Below are positions 16,627 through 27,562 of a stretch of DNA of 64,000 nucleotides, piece by piece. The DNA comes from Pseudomonadota bacterium (lineage in GTDB: Bacteria; Pseudomonadota; Alphaproteobacteria; Rhizobiales; JANQQB01). The translations under genes and the position numbers were made by a program. The notes under the pieces were generated by a model that saw only the letters and a program-made list of their open reading frames with translations, was not told where the DNA came from and ran no database searches. The number at the start of each line of letters is the position of its first letter. Positions within the stretch are counted from its first letter, which is position 1. The DNA lies in NCBI GenBank assembly GCA_038745065.1, contig JBCDLT010000022.1, positions 19,887-83,886 of the forward strand, read 5' to 3'.

Positions 16627-17522
16627 CCCTTCACGATATGCCGGCATGGCGCAAGGCCGCCGCCACGTACAATTTTGCCTCAGACCATTACGACTCGACG
16701 CCCCTCGCCTTCTGGGATCGCCATGGACAAAGAACCGTCGATCTGATGGGACTGAAAGCTGGCGATTGCGTGCTCGACGTCGGGTGCGGCACGGGCGCCT
16801 CCGCTCTGCCGGCTGCCGAGGCTGTCGGTCGCGACGGCTATGTAGTGGGTATCGATGTGGCGGAGAACATGCTCACCCGTGCCCGGGCGAAAGCGCGCGA
16901 CCGGGGCCTCGACAATGTCGAATTCGACTTGGCGGACATGGCGGATTGCGGACGTGCCGATCAGACTTTCGATGCCGTGATCAGCAGTTTCTCCGTCTTC
17001 TTCATGCCGGACCTGGAAACACAGGTCGCGGAACTCTGGCGTCTCGTGCGCCCCGGCGGGCGCTTGGGCATTACCGTGTGGGGCCCCGACGCGTTCGAAC
17101 CCGGCGCGACGATCTTTTCACAGGAAGTCCGCCGGATCCGGCCGGACATGCCGGATCTCAAGCGGCCGTGGGAACGGCTTACGGAGCCGGAAGCCCTGCG
17201 CGGCCTGATGCGCGACAGCGGCACGGCGGATCCGGTCGTGACCACGACAGAACATACCCAGGCGCTTGGAGAGGTCGAGGACTGGTGGACCATCGCGATG
17301 GGCTCTGGGTTTCGTGCCGAGATCGAGCAATTGCATCCGCGGGAGCGCAAGATCGTGAAGCAGCATGTTCTCGCGCGCCTGACCGACCAGAAGGTCGAAG
17401 CCGTCGCGGCCCACGCTGTGCATGCCGTTGCCCGTAAATCCAGGAGCCGTCAGATCCGAAAGCCGATCGGTTGTGCCGTGCGCCCGCACAGCAGAACCTC
17501 AAGCGAGGCCGTCACCGATTGA
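16623..17522 (+). CDS. Class I SAM-dependent methyltransferase
   Basis: Motif I VLDVGCGTGA and a post-I acidic loop (GIDVAENM). The start is GTG 16623 or ATG 16638. The Arg-rich 100 upstream codons of track ORF 16320..17522 look non-coding. Confidence 0.8.
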   Translation: MTLHDMPAWRKAAATYNFASDHYDSTPLAFWDRHGQRTVDLMGLKAGDCVLDVGCGTGASALPAAEAVGRDGYVVGIDVAENMLTRARAKARDRGLDNVEFDLADMADCGRADQTFDAVISSFSVFFMPDLETQVAELWRLVRPGGRLGITVWGPDAFEPGATIFSQEVRRIRPDMPDLKRPWERLTEPEALRGLMRDSGTADPVVTTTEHTQALGEVEDWWTIAMGSGFRAEIEQLHPRERKIVKQHVLARLTDQKVEAVAAHAVHAVARKSRSRQIRKPIGCAVRPHSRTSSEAVTD

Positions 17523-18765
17523 CCTGGTTCTGCGCAAATCCCGCCATGGTGTTGTAATCGCCGACAATGGCTCGCAATTCATCCGGCGTCGCAACGTCGT
17601 GCAGATCCTCGAATCCGTCCGGAGCCCGCTGCTCGACCAGGTCGATCACCCGCTCCGGCCCGCCTTTACGGTTGAGGCGGACGATCTCCGCGGTAGCCGG
17701 GCGGCGCAGGTTGTCATAGGCGGCGAGCGCTTCCGGCCCATCCTTAGCCGACAAAAGATCAGCGAGCGCGATCGCGTCCAGCACCGCCTGGCTCGCGCCA
17801 TTGGACCCGACCGGATACATCGGATGGGCGGCATCGCCGAGCAAGGTGACGCGGCCGTCAGTCCAGCGATCGAGCGGGTCCCGATCGCACATCGGGTAGA
17901 CGTAGAATTCCGGGGTGGCGCGGATCAACGCCTCGATATCGAGTTCGGGCAGCGAAAACACGCCGGTGACATGCGCCATCACGTCGTCCAGGCGTCCCGG
18001 CTTCGACCAGTCGTCGCGATGCGGGATCGGCGTCGACCCGTCGCCGAGACTGGCGCAGATAACCCAGTTCATCAGCGTCTTGCCCGGATGTCGCTGCGGA
18101 TCATTGAAGATCGGATAGAGAACCAGCTTCGCGGCCATGCCACCGGCAATAATCATCGTGCGTCCGTCGAGAAACGGATCCCACCAGGTGGCGCCACGCC
18201 ACATCAGCACACCATTCCAGCTCGGATCGCCCTGGTCGGGATGGTAGTGCCGCCGAACGGTGGAATGAATGCCGTCGGCTCCGATGAGGATCGAACCGGG
18301 AACCCTAGTCTCGGCGCCCTCGCGATCGGCGAAAACGCCTTCGACATTCGTGTCGGTCTGGGAAAACCGCACCAGGCGCTGGCCGGCATGGATGCAATCA
18401 GCGCCGAGCCGTTCGACTGCAACATCGAACAGCGTCCTTTGCAGCTTGCCGCGGTGAATGGAAAATTGCGGCACATCGTATCCGGCTGCGAGACCGCGCG
18501 GCTGGCGCAGAATATCCTGGCCGCCCGCTGCCTTGTAGATCAATTCACTGGTGCGGATACCGACCGCGTCAAGGCGATCCAGAAGCCCGAGACCGGCCAG
18601 TTCCCGGATGGCATGCGGCAACGTGTTGATGCCGACCCCGAGTTCGCGGACTTCCGACGCCTGCTCGAAGACATGGGCCTTGATGCCCCGGGCGTGGAGC
18701 GCCAGCGCAAGCGTCAGCCCGCCAACCCCGGCGCCTGCAATGATGACCGCGTCTTTCGTCTGCAT
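17512..18765 (-). CDS. FAD-dependent aromatic-ring monooxygenase (group A flavoprotein hydroxylase)
   Basis: GxGxxG (IIAGAGVGGLTLA), the LLGDAAHPMYPVGSNGA fingerprint, and length about 417 aa. Confidence 0.85.
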   Translation of the reverse strand: MQTKDAVIIAGAGVGGLTLALALHARGIKAHVFEQASEVRELGVGINTLPHAIRELAGLGLLDRLDAVGIRTSELIYKAAGGQDILRQPRGLAAGYDVPQFSIHRGKLQRTLFDVAVERLGADCIHAGQRLVRFSQTDTNVEGVFADREGAETRVPGSILIGADGIHSTVRRHYHPDQGDPSWNGVLMWRGATWWDPFLDGRTMIIAGGMAAKLVLYPIFNDPQRHPGKTLMNWVICASLGDGSTPIPHRDDWSKPGRLDDVMAHVTGVFSLPELDIEALIRATPEFYVYPMCDRDPLDRWTDGRVTLLGDAAHPMYPVGSNGASQAVLDAIALADLLSAKDGPEALAAYDNLRRPATAEIVRLNRKGGPERVIDLVEQRAPDGFEDLHDVATPDELRAIVGDYNTMAGFAQNQVNR

Positions 18766-18796
18766 GTCAGTTCGCCTTGTGCGATTCCCGGGACGT

Positions 18797-19633
18797 TCAG
18801 GACGCGTCCGGATTCAACAGATGGTTTACAAGGGCGCTCTCCGGTTCGGTCAGGCCGTCGATGACATCGAAATGATGCCGGTCCGGCTCCTCGACCGTGA
18901 GCGTCGCTGCGCCGCAGCCCTTCCAGACATTGGCGAGAAGGGCGTTCAAGCGAATGAACTCGGAGCGTTCGCCCGCCCCGACCCAGCATGTCAGGCGCGC
19001 GTTCTCGACCGGGTCGCACAGGACAGGACTTTCAGCCCGTGCCTCCTCGGCATCGATGTGTAAAGTGTCGTTGAGCTCGGTGCGCATGATCGGGCGCAAG
19101 TCATGGACACCGGATATCGAGACGACATGCCGAATGCGGTTCCGGATCGCATCAGGCAAAACGACGTCCGCGCACAGCATGCGGCTGGCGAGATGGCCGC
19201 CCGCTGAATGACCGGTCAGGAATATCGGACCGTCAATCGCCTCCGCACCATGAACCAGCATGGCGGCGATTTCCGTCGTCATGGTCCGGATGCGAGCGTG
19301 GGGTGCGAGTGTATAGCTGGGCATGGCGACCGCGTAACCGCGGCCGAGGGGTCCGGCAGCAAAATGCGACCAGACGGATTTGTCGAACCGCCTCCAGAAG
19401 CCGCCATGAACGAAGACGACCAGACCGGCCGGCTGTGCCTCAGGCAGGAAAAGGTCATAGCGGTTGCGCGGCGCGTCACCATAGGCGATGTCGAACCTGA
19501 CGCGACCTGCAGACTGCATGGTTTCGCGGAAGCGTGCCGCTTGCTCTACCCAGCGGTCGGGCCAGGAATCGCCGTTCGGGATGTTGGGGCCGTTCGCATA
19601 GGCATCGTCCCAATCTTCGATCCGCCAGAGCAT
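18797..19633 (-). CDS. Alpha/beta hydrolase, arylformamidase/esterase-like (HGG-type)
   Basis: Oxyanion HGG motif (VFVHGGFW) and nucleophile elbow GHSAGGH. The start was moved to ATG 19633 (MLWRIEDW). Confidence 0.8.
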   Translation of the reverse strand: MLWRIEDWDDAYANGPNIPNGDSWPDRWVEQAARFRETMQSAGRVRFDIAYGDAPRNRYDLFLPEAQPAGLVVFVHGGFWRRFDKSVWSHFAAGPLGRGYAVAMPSYTLAPHARIRTMTTEIAAMLVHGAEAIDGPIFLTGHSAGGHLASRMLCADVVLPDAIRNRIRHVVSISGVHDLRPIMRTELNDTLHIDAEEARAESPVLCDPVENARLTCWVGAGERSEFIRLNALLANVWKGCGAATLTVEEPDRHHFDVIDGLTEPESALVNHLLNPDAS

Positions 19634-19831
19634 GCTTGTTCTCCGAGAAATGCCAGCCTGTCTCTTGTCCGGCCGCGCCGGCCGCATTGCGCCGGCGGCA
19701 ATTTATTTCAAGCTTAAAATTTCACGCTTGGAATATCCCGTCAATGCTGGAATGATGATGTCGACCGGCCTGCCGCCCGGAGTTCAATCCGGCGAGGCCA
19801 TGCGTCATCAAGAGAAAAAGGAGAGCGGAAA

Positions 19832-20275
19832 ATGGAGCTGATGCAGGGAGTTACGACAGCCACTGACGGACTGGACGGTGTCGCCTGGAATGTCGTCGGC
19901 CACACCTATACGCCGAAGCTGCTCTCCGACAACGCCTTCCTCTGGCACGCCCACATTCCCGATGGCACGTTCGTGCCGCCGCACATCCATCCAATGCAGG
20001 ACGAATGGATCGTCATGCTGACAGGCAACCTGGAAGTCGAGTTCGGACCGGAGGTCGCCAAGGCCGGACCGGGCGACACGATCCGCATGCCGATGGGCAA
20101 ACCGCACGGGATCTTCAACCGGTCCGGCAGCGACGCGACCTGTATGTTCGGGGTTGCGCCGAGCCGTAAGCTGTTCGACCTGTTCCACGCGCTTCACAAC
20201 GTCACCGACCCGGCGGAACTGGTCCGCATTTCAGCCCTGCACGAAGTGGATTTCCTGCCGCCGCCCGACGCCTGA
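19832..20275 (+). CDS. Cupin domain protein (metal-binding HxH...E...H present)
   Basis: Cupin motif 1 PPHIHPMQDEWIVMLTG and motif 2 GPGDTIRMPMGKPHGIFN. Confidence 0.8.
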   Translation: MELMQGVTTATDGLDGVAWNVVGHTYTPKLLSDNAFLWHAHIPDGTFVPPHIHPMQDEWIVMLTGNLEVEFGPEVAKAGPGDTIRMPMGKPHGIFNRSGSDATCMFGVAPSRKLFDLFHALHNVTDPAELVRISALHEVDFLPPPDA

Positions 20276-20426
20276 CCGTCTCCACCGACCCGGGCCGGCG
20301 TCGTGCGCCCGTGTCGCTTTTCCGGTCTTGACAGCGACCTATGAAACCGCACGATTTCGGTCAATCGTCCGGTTCGGATGCCGCTCATCCGAACTTCGGC
20401 TTACATTTGCCCGTGGAGGCATTCCC

Positions 20427-21290
20427 ATGCGCTTCGAATCTCCCACAACCGTTCAGGACGCGGTCGGTCTCCTGGCCGCGGAAACCGGTCTGTCACGCCT
20501 GCTTGCCGGCGGCACGGACGTGCTTGTGCAATTACGATCGGGTTTCGTCGAGCCTGACCTCGTCGTCGATATCAAACGCATTGCCGGCATGCGCGATGTC
20601 GTGCCGGAAGGCGGCGGATACCGGATCGGTGCGGCCGTATCGGGCGCGGAACTCGGCGCCCATGACGGGGTTCGCGGGCTTTGGCCGGGTGTGGTCGAGG
20701 CGCTGGAACTGATCGGCTCCACCCAGATCCAGGGCCGCGCGACGCTTGCCGGCAATCTTTGCAACGGCTCGCCGGCAGCCGACAGCGTCCCGGCGATGTT
20801 TGCCGCCGACGCCCGGGTGACGGTCGCCGGTCCGGGCGGCGAGCGTACCGTGCCGGTCATGTCCATCCCTGTCGGGCCCGGAAAGACGTCGCTCGCCCGA
20901 TCGGAATTCATCACCGCCATCCACCTGCCGGCGCGCCCGGACCGGTCATCGGACGCCTATCTGCGGTTCATTCCGCGCACCGAGATGGACATTGCGGTCG
21001 CTTCGGCCGGAGTGAGCCTGGAACTCGAACCGGACGGCACCTGTCGCGCGGCCCGGGTTGCGTTGGGCGCCGTTGCGCCCACGGTCGTGCTCGTTGAAGA
21101 TGCCGCAGCGGCACTTGTCGGAACCCGTCTGGAAGAGGGTGACCTGAAAACCCTGGCAGAGGCCTGTTCGGCGGCTTGCAATCCGATCGACGACAAGCGC
21201 GGGACAATCGAGTTCCGGCGCGACGTCGCCGCGGTGCTTGCCCGGCGCGCTGCCCTCATCGCCTATGAACGTGCGGGGGGAACACAATGA
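20427..21290 (+). CDS. Xanthine dehydrogenase/CoxM-family FAD-binding medium subunit
   Basis: GGAGG lies 7 nt upstream of ATG 20427. FAD_binding_5-type block LLAGGTDVLVQL. Confidence 0.85.
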   Translation: MRFESPTTVQDAVGLLAAETGLSRLLAGGTDVLVQLRSGFVEPDLVVDIKRIAGMRDVVPEGGGYRIGAAVSGAELGAHDGVRGLWPGVVEALELIGSTQIQGRATLAGNLCNGSPAADSVPAMFAADARVTVAGPGGERTVPVMSIPVGPGKTSLARSEFITAIHLPARPDRSSDAYLRFIPRTEMDIAVASAGVSLELEPDGTCRAARVALGAVAPTVVLVEDAAAALVGTRLEEGDLKTLAEACSAACNPIDDKRGTIEFRRDVAAVLARRAALIAYERAGGTQ

Positions 21291-21763
21291 GCCGCATTCA
21301 CGTCAACACCAGCGTCAACGGCGACGCACTCGACTTTTTGTGCGAGCCCAACGAGACGCTGCTCGATGCCCTGCGCAACCGGCTTGGGCTGACCGGGGCA
21401 AAAGAGGGCTGCGGCACCGGCGATTGCGGCGCCTGCAGCGTGACGCTCGACGGCAGCCTGGTCTGTGCCTGCCTGGTGCTGGCGGCGGAAACCGAGGGCC
21501 GCGAAGTCGGTACGGTCGAGGGTCTTGCCGACGGCGACCATCTGCACCCGCTGCAGGAAAAGTTCCTGGAACATGCGGCGCTGCAATGCGGGGTCTGTAC
21601 CCCCGGGATTCTGGTCGCCGCGAAGGCGCTGCTCGACCGGAATCCGGATCCGGACGAGACAGAAGTCCGCTATTGGTTAGCCGGCAACCTTTGTCGCTGT
21701 ACCGGGTATGACAAGATCATTCGCGCGGTGCTCGACACCGCCGCCGACCTGCGGGAGGCCTGA
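21287..21763 (+). CDS. (2Fe-2S)-binding small subunit of the molybdo-hydroxylase
   Basis: Two cluster motifs: CGTGDCGACSV and QCGVCTPG...CRCTGY. The start overlaps the upstream stop (ATGA). Confidence 0.9.
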   Translation: MSRIHVNTSVNGDALDFLCEPNETLLDALRNRLGLTGAKEGCGTGDCGACSVTLDGSLVCACLVLAAETEGREVGTVEGLADGDHLHPLQEKFLEHAALQCGVCTPGILVAAKALLDRNPDPDETEVRYWLAGNLCRCTGYDKIIRAVLDTAADLREA

Positions 21764-21764
21764 C

Positions 21765-24011
<2,247 letters not shown>

Positions 24012-24015
24012 CGCC

Positions 24016-24261
24016 ATGGTCAAGGTGACGATCTGGGGATCGCTGCAATCGGCCACGGACGGGGCTGAGGCGGTCGAGGTCGAGGCGCGCACGACCCGCG
24101 AATTGCTGGATCGTCTGGCCGAAGCCTATCCGGGTCTGAAGCCGCAGATCGAGCGCGGCGTTTCGGTGGCAATCGACGGTGAAATCTATCGCGACGCCTG
24201 GTTCACGCCGATCCGCGCGGATAGCGAGGTTATCCTGATGCCGTATATGGCGGGAGGGTAG
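24016..24261 (+). CDS. MoaD/ThiS-family ubiquitin-like beta-grasp protein with a C-terminal Gly-Gly
   Basis: 81 aa ending ...LMPYMAGG. The layout (MVKVTIWGSL...ELLDRLAEAYPGL...VAIDGE...) matches sulfur-carrier proteins. It starts 4 nt after the large-subunit stop. Confidence 0.75.
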   Translation: MVKVTIWGSLQSATDGAEAVEVEARTTRELLDRLAEAYPGLKPQIERGVSVAIDGEIYRDAWFTPIRADSEVILMPYMAGG

Positions 24262-24460
24262 GTCTACCGGCTCGGCTCGAAACTACCCATTGGGGTATGT
24301 TGACCAAAAATACACCTCTGTTTGGATTTTGTGTATGAATGATTGTATTTTTTTCTTTTGCGCGTAATAATTCTGTATGTGCGGCTCCCAACCGGTCTGA
24401 TTGCCGCCGCTTCGGCGGCAAACGCAATCCGGTTTGTCACCCAGGGTCCGAACCCGTCGC

Positions 24461-25237
24461 ATGCAGAAACCTGAATCCAGCCCAAACCGAACCCTTCCTA
24501 TCCTCTCGACCGCAACCGCCTTCGGTTTGCCGATCCTCATTGTGTTCGTGCAAAAGTATTATTTCGCTCCGACACCTCTTGCGGTCGCGGCCCACCCGGC
24601 CGTTCTGATCGCAGAGGTGCTCGGCAGGAGCCTCCCTGCTCTGGTGATCGGCCTTTTGCTCATGCGTCTCCTTGGCGCATGGCCATGGAACCGCAGCCTG
24701 ACCAGTACCGCATTTCTTGCTGCCACCCCGACCGCCCTATTGGTTGTCATTGCACAGAGCGGCGAAAGGCATTTTGCCGAAACGGAGCGTCTCTGGATGG
24801 AATGCGCCAGCGTCCGGGTAGCCCTGCCACTCGGAGCAATTGGCGACATATATGATCGCCCAACTCACAGATACGCCGTGGCCTTGCGCGGTGACGACGC
24901 CTTCTCGGTGACCTGCCTGCCCCTGCCCGAACCGGAAGTGCATACTTTTCTTGAGAATTACGTCTCGCGCCTGGCTTCCATGCAAGCAAACATCACACTG
25001 TCGACTTTCGAACGGACCGTCCGCTTCGGCAATCCCGCCATCGAGGCCCAGGGGACGGTCGAGGGCGAGGAGGCCGGGCGCGTCGTTAGAAAACCCTATT
25101 TCGTCATTGTCTCGCAGGCGGGCGGAGAGCTCTTGACCGCGACGTCGACGATGCCGGATGCCATGCGGTCCGATTTCATTGAATTCGAGATCGACGGCAA
25201 TGTGGAGGCAGCCACAACGCAGCTGAAAACGGACTGA
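24461..25237 (+). CDS. Hypothetical membrane protein (three N-terminal hydrophobic helices plus a ~150-aa soluble domain)
   Basis: ORF 24401..25237 trimmed to ATG 24461. No family recognised. It has more A/T-ending codons than flanking genes. Confidence 0.5.
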   Translation: MQKPESSPNRTLPILSTATAFGLPILIVFVQKYYFAPTPLAVAAHPAVLIAEVLGRSLPALVIGLLLMRLLGAWPWNRSLTSTAFLAATPTALLVVIAQSGERHFAETERLWMECASVRVALPLGAIGDIYDRPTHRYAVALRGDDAFSVTCLPLPEPEVHTFLENYVSRLASMQANITLSTFERTVRFGNPAIEAQGTVEGEEAGRVVRKPYFVIVSQAGGELLTATSTMPDAMRSDFIEFEIDGNVEAATTQLKTD

Positions 25238-25395
25238 AGGATACAACCTGCTTCCCCAGATTAAAATTCTGCGTTGTAATTCTCTTGAATACACTTTATA
25301 AGGTTATCGACAGACTTTGCAGCCGGAATCCGGTCTGGTTCGCGGATCCGATGACCGAATCCACCCGTTCCTCCTTGGGACAAACGGAGCATCCA

Positions 25396-26028
25396 ATGCG
25401 TCCAAACATGCTACGATCTTGGCTTAGGACACTTGGCCTGCCGGTGGTGGCCTGTCTTGGGCTCGTCGTCCTGATCTCGGCACCAGCACCTGCCGTTTCG
25501 GAGGAGGACAACAATTACGTTCTGACCTTCACCTGCGGTCAGGCCTTTGTGATGTTTCCTGATGGCGTGACTCTGGAAGAAGATTTTCTGTTCGATGAAC
25601 TGGAAATGCGCGTCGGCGTCGGGGAGGAAAGCCTCCATGCCGCAGCTTGCATCGGGCATTTCGATGACAAGGCCATAATGCGCGATCTGCGCGAAATGCT
25701 CGGCGGGCCTTTTGGCTTCGATAGAATTGTGGAATCCGAGGAATCTTTTGCCTTTGAGGCCTTCGGTCGGCCATCTCTCGATGTACGCGGCGTCATGTCG
25801 TTCACCGAGGACGGCGCTAAAGTGTTCAAGGGATTCAGGGCCTCCATTACCCGCCCTCATGAAACCAGAGACCTCGTATTGTTCAGTCTGGAGCCAGACA
25901 GTGTGGATTCGTTCGGATTCCACTTGTTTGGGAAGGTCGAGGCTACGGCAGCGCCGAATCCAGTCCGGCCCGATCCTGAGCCCGACAATCACTCACCTGG
26001 CGATACGACGTCCGGCGACGCCCTTTGA
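25396..26028 (+). CDS. Hypothetical secreted acidic protein
   Basis: ACGGAG lies 6 nt upstream of ATG 25396. Signal peptide MRPNMLRSWLRTLGLPVVACLGLVVLISAPAPAVS/EED. No family recognised. Confidence 0.5.
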   Translation: MRPNMLRSWLRTLGLPVVACLGLVVLISAPAPAVSEEDNNYVLTFTCGQAFVMFPDGVTLEEDFLFDELEMRVGVGEESLHAAACIGHFDDKAIMRDLREMLGGPFGFDRIVESEESFAFEAFGRPSLDVRGVMSFTEDGAKVFKGFRASITRPHETRDLVLFSLEPDSVDSFGFHLFGKVEATAAPNPVRPDPEPDNHSPGDTTSGDAL

Positions 26029-26110
26029 TCGCCGGATACCCCAAGACCAATATCTGGGTTTTCCAAGAATCGCTTTGCCAGCAGCATTCCTCACATGCCG
26101 GCAACGGCGT

Positions 26111-27283
26111 TCAAATCTTCCCGCCGAGTGCCCGATAGACCTTCATGCCGGGACGGCCGGTGACCGGCAGCCCTAACGCCGCTTCGGCCTTGCGAATGCC
26201 GGCGCGTGTTGCCGGGCCGACCTTGCCGTCGGCTTCACCGACGTCGAAGCCCCTCTTGTTCAGGCGTTTCTGAAGATCGAGCCGCTGTTCGCGCGACAGG
26301 CCGAGATCGTTGGTCGGCCAGGCTGTGCGGAATTCCTTGCCGCCGCGCAGGCGATCCGACAGATGAGAGATCGCAAGGGCGTAGGATTCGGCAAGGTTAT
26401 AGGAATAGATCGCGTCGAAGTTCCGGAAGACCAGGAAGGCCGGCCCGTTCCTGCCCGCCGGCACCAGGAGGCCCGCCGTACCCGATCCGGTCAATTTGCC
26501 ACCGCCGGCCTTCTTCAGACCGCGTTTTGACCACGTCGCGACAGAGGCCTTGGCCTTGCGACCGGTCGGGCCGCTGTACCCGGACGGCAGACGGACCTCG
26601 TAACCCCAGGCCTGCCCCGACCGCCAGCCGGAGCGGTTCAGGTAATTGGCGGTGGAGCCAAGCGCGTCGGGCACGGAGCGCACGAGATCGCGACGTCCGT
26701 CCTTGTCGAAATCGACCGCCAGCCGGCGATAGGTCGAGGGAATGAACTGGGTCTGGCCGAATGCGCCCGCCCAGGATCCCTTCAAGTCCTTCATGCGCAG
26801 GTCGCCGCGATCGACGATCTTCAACGCCGAGACCAGTTCTCCGCGCCAGAACTTCGTGCGCCGGCCGGAACAGGCAAGATTGGCAAGTGCATGCGGGATG
26901 AAAAAGCTTCCCTGGTTTTCGCCGTAGTTGCTTTCCACGCCCCATAGAGCAGCAATGACATAGCGGTCCACGCCATAGGTCCGCTCGACCGCCTTGAGCG
27001 TCGAACCGTGCTTCTTCATCATCTTGCGGCCGGTGCGAATGCGGTCGTCATCGACCAGAAAGGCCATGTAATCCCAGATCGGCGTCTTGTATTCCGGCTG
27101 CGCCCGCGAAAACCGCAAGACCTTTTCATCGCGGGCGACATCCGAGAGCGCGGCGTTCACGGTCTTGCGGCTGACTCCGGCCTGGACGGTGCTGGCCTTC
27201 AGACCGTTGACGCAGGCGGAAAAAGACGCCGAGGCAGGCGTGGCGAGAAGAGCACAGGCGGCAGCAATCGCAAGACGCTTCAT
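26111..27283 (-). CDS. Lytic murein transglycosylase (MltB/SLT_2-like) with a C-terminal peptidoglycan-binding domain
   Basis: Signal peptide MKRLAIAAACALLATPASA. Blocks WGVESNYG and GAFGQTQFIPSTY. PG_binding_1-like tail LQKRLNKRGFDVGEADGKVGPATRAGI. Confidence 0.85.
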   Translation of the reverse strand: MKRLAIAAACALLATPASASFSACVNGLKASTVQAGVSRKTVNAALSDVARDEKVLRFSRAQPEYKTPIWDYMAFLVDDDRIRTGRKMMKKHGSTLKAVERTYGVDRYVIAALWGVESNYGENQGSFFIPHALANLACSGRRTKFWRGELVSALKIVDRGDLRMKDLKGSWAGAFGQTQFIPSTYRRLAVDFDKDGRRDLVRSVPDALGSTANYLNRSGWRSGQAWGYEVRLPSGYSGPTGRKAKASVATWSKRGLKKAGGGKLTGSGTAGLLVPAGRNGPAFLVFRNFDAIYSYNLAESYALAISHLSDRLRGGKEFRTAWPTNDLGLSREQRLDLQKRLNKRGFDVGEADGKVGPATRAGIRKAEAALGLPVTGRPGMKVYRALGGKI

Positions 27284-27562
27284 GGAACGATCCCTCTGTG
27301 GTGTCGGACAAACCGAAGGTGACTGCTTTCGAAATCTCAGAGCAGTCAGAAGTATTCGCCATCAACAGCATTATAAAGGCGAATCACGATCCGGCCCAGA
27401 TCTGATGAACCTGGTTCCGGTGTTTGCGACAATTCGCGAACAGACAATAGTTCCGGTTTCAATTCCGGCGGTTGTCGGATGTTCGGGAGTTCACCCGAAC
27501 AGGGTTGAAAAAGTGTTGACGCAACCTGGGTCTCCGCGAACGGTCCGTCCAACTCCGGACAG

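Noticed and set aside
16260-16647. Minus-strand ORFs 16260..16487, 16270..16647 and 16292..16555 in the same spacer
   Set aside because: They have no SD with proper spacing, and two of them are in phases with poor wobble G/C. They were not reported as genes, but they cannot be fully excluded without expression data.
17422-18864. ORF 17422..18864 (+, 480 aa)
   Set aside because: It is antisense to the FAD monooxygenase, whose GxGxxG and GDAAH fingerprints are unambiguous.
20289-20356. Weak hairpin CGGGC-N9-GCCCG plus TTTT after the cupin gene, and a TTGACA-N17-ACGATT promoter-like element before the FAD-subunit gene
   Set aside because: The stem is only 5 bp and the -10 hexamer is a poor match. 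They are plausible but too weak to report as features without TSS or 3' end data.
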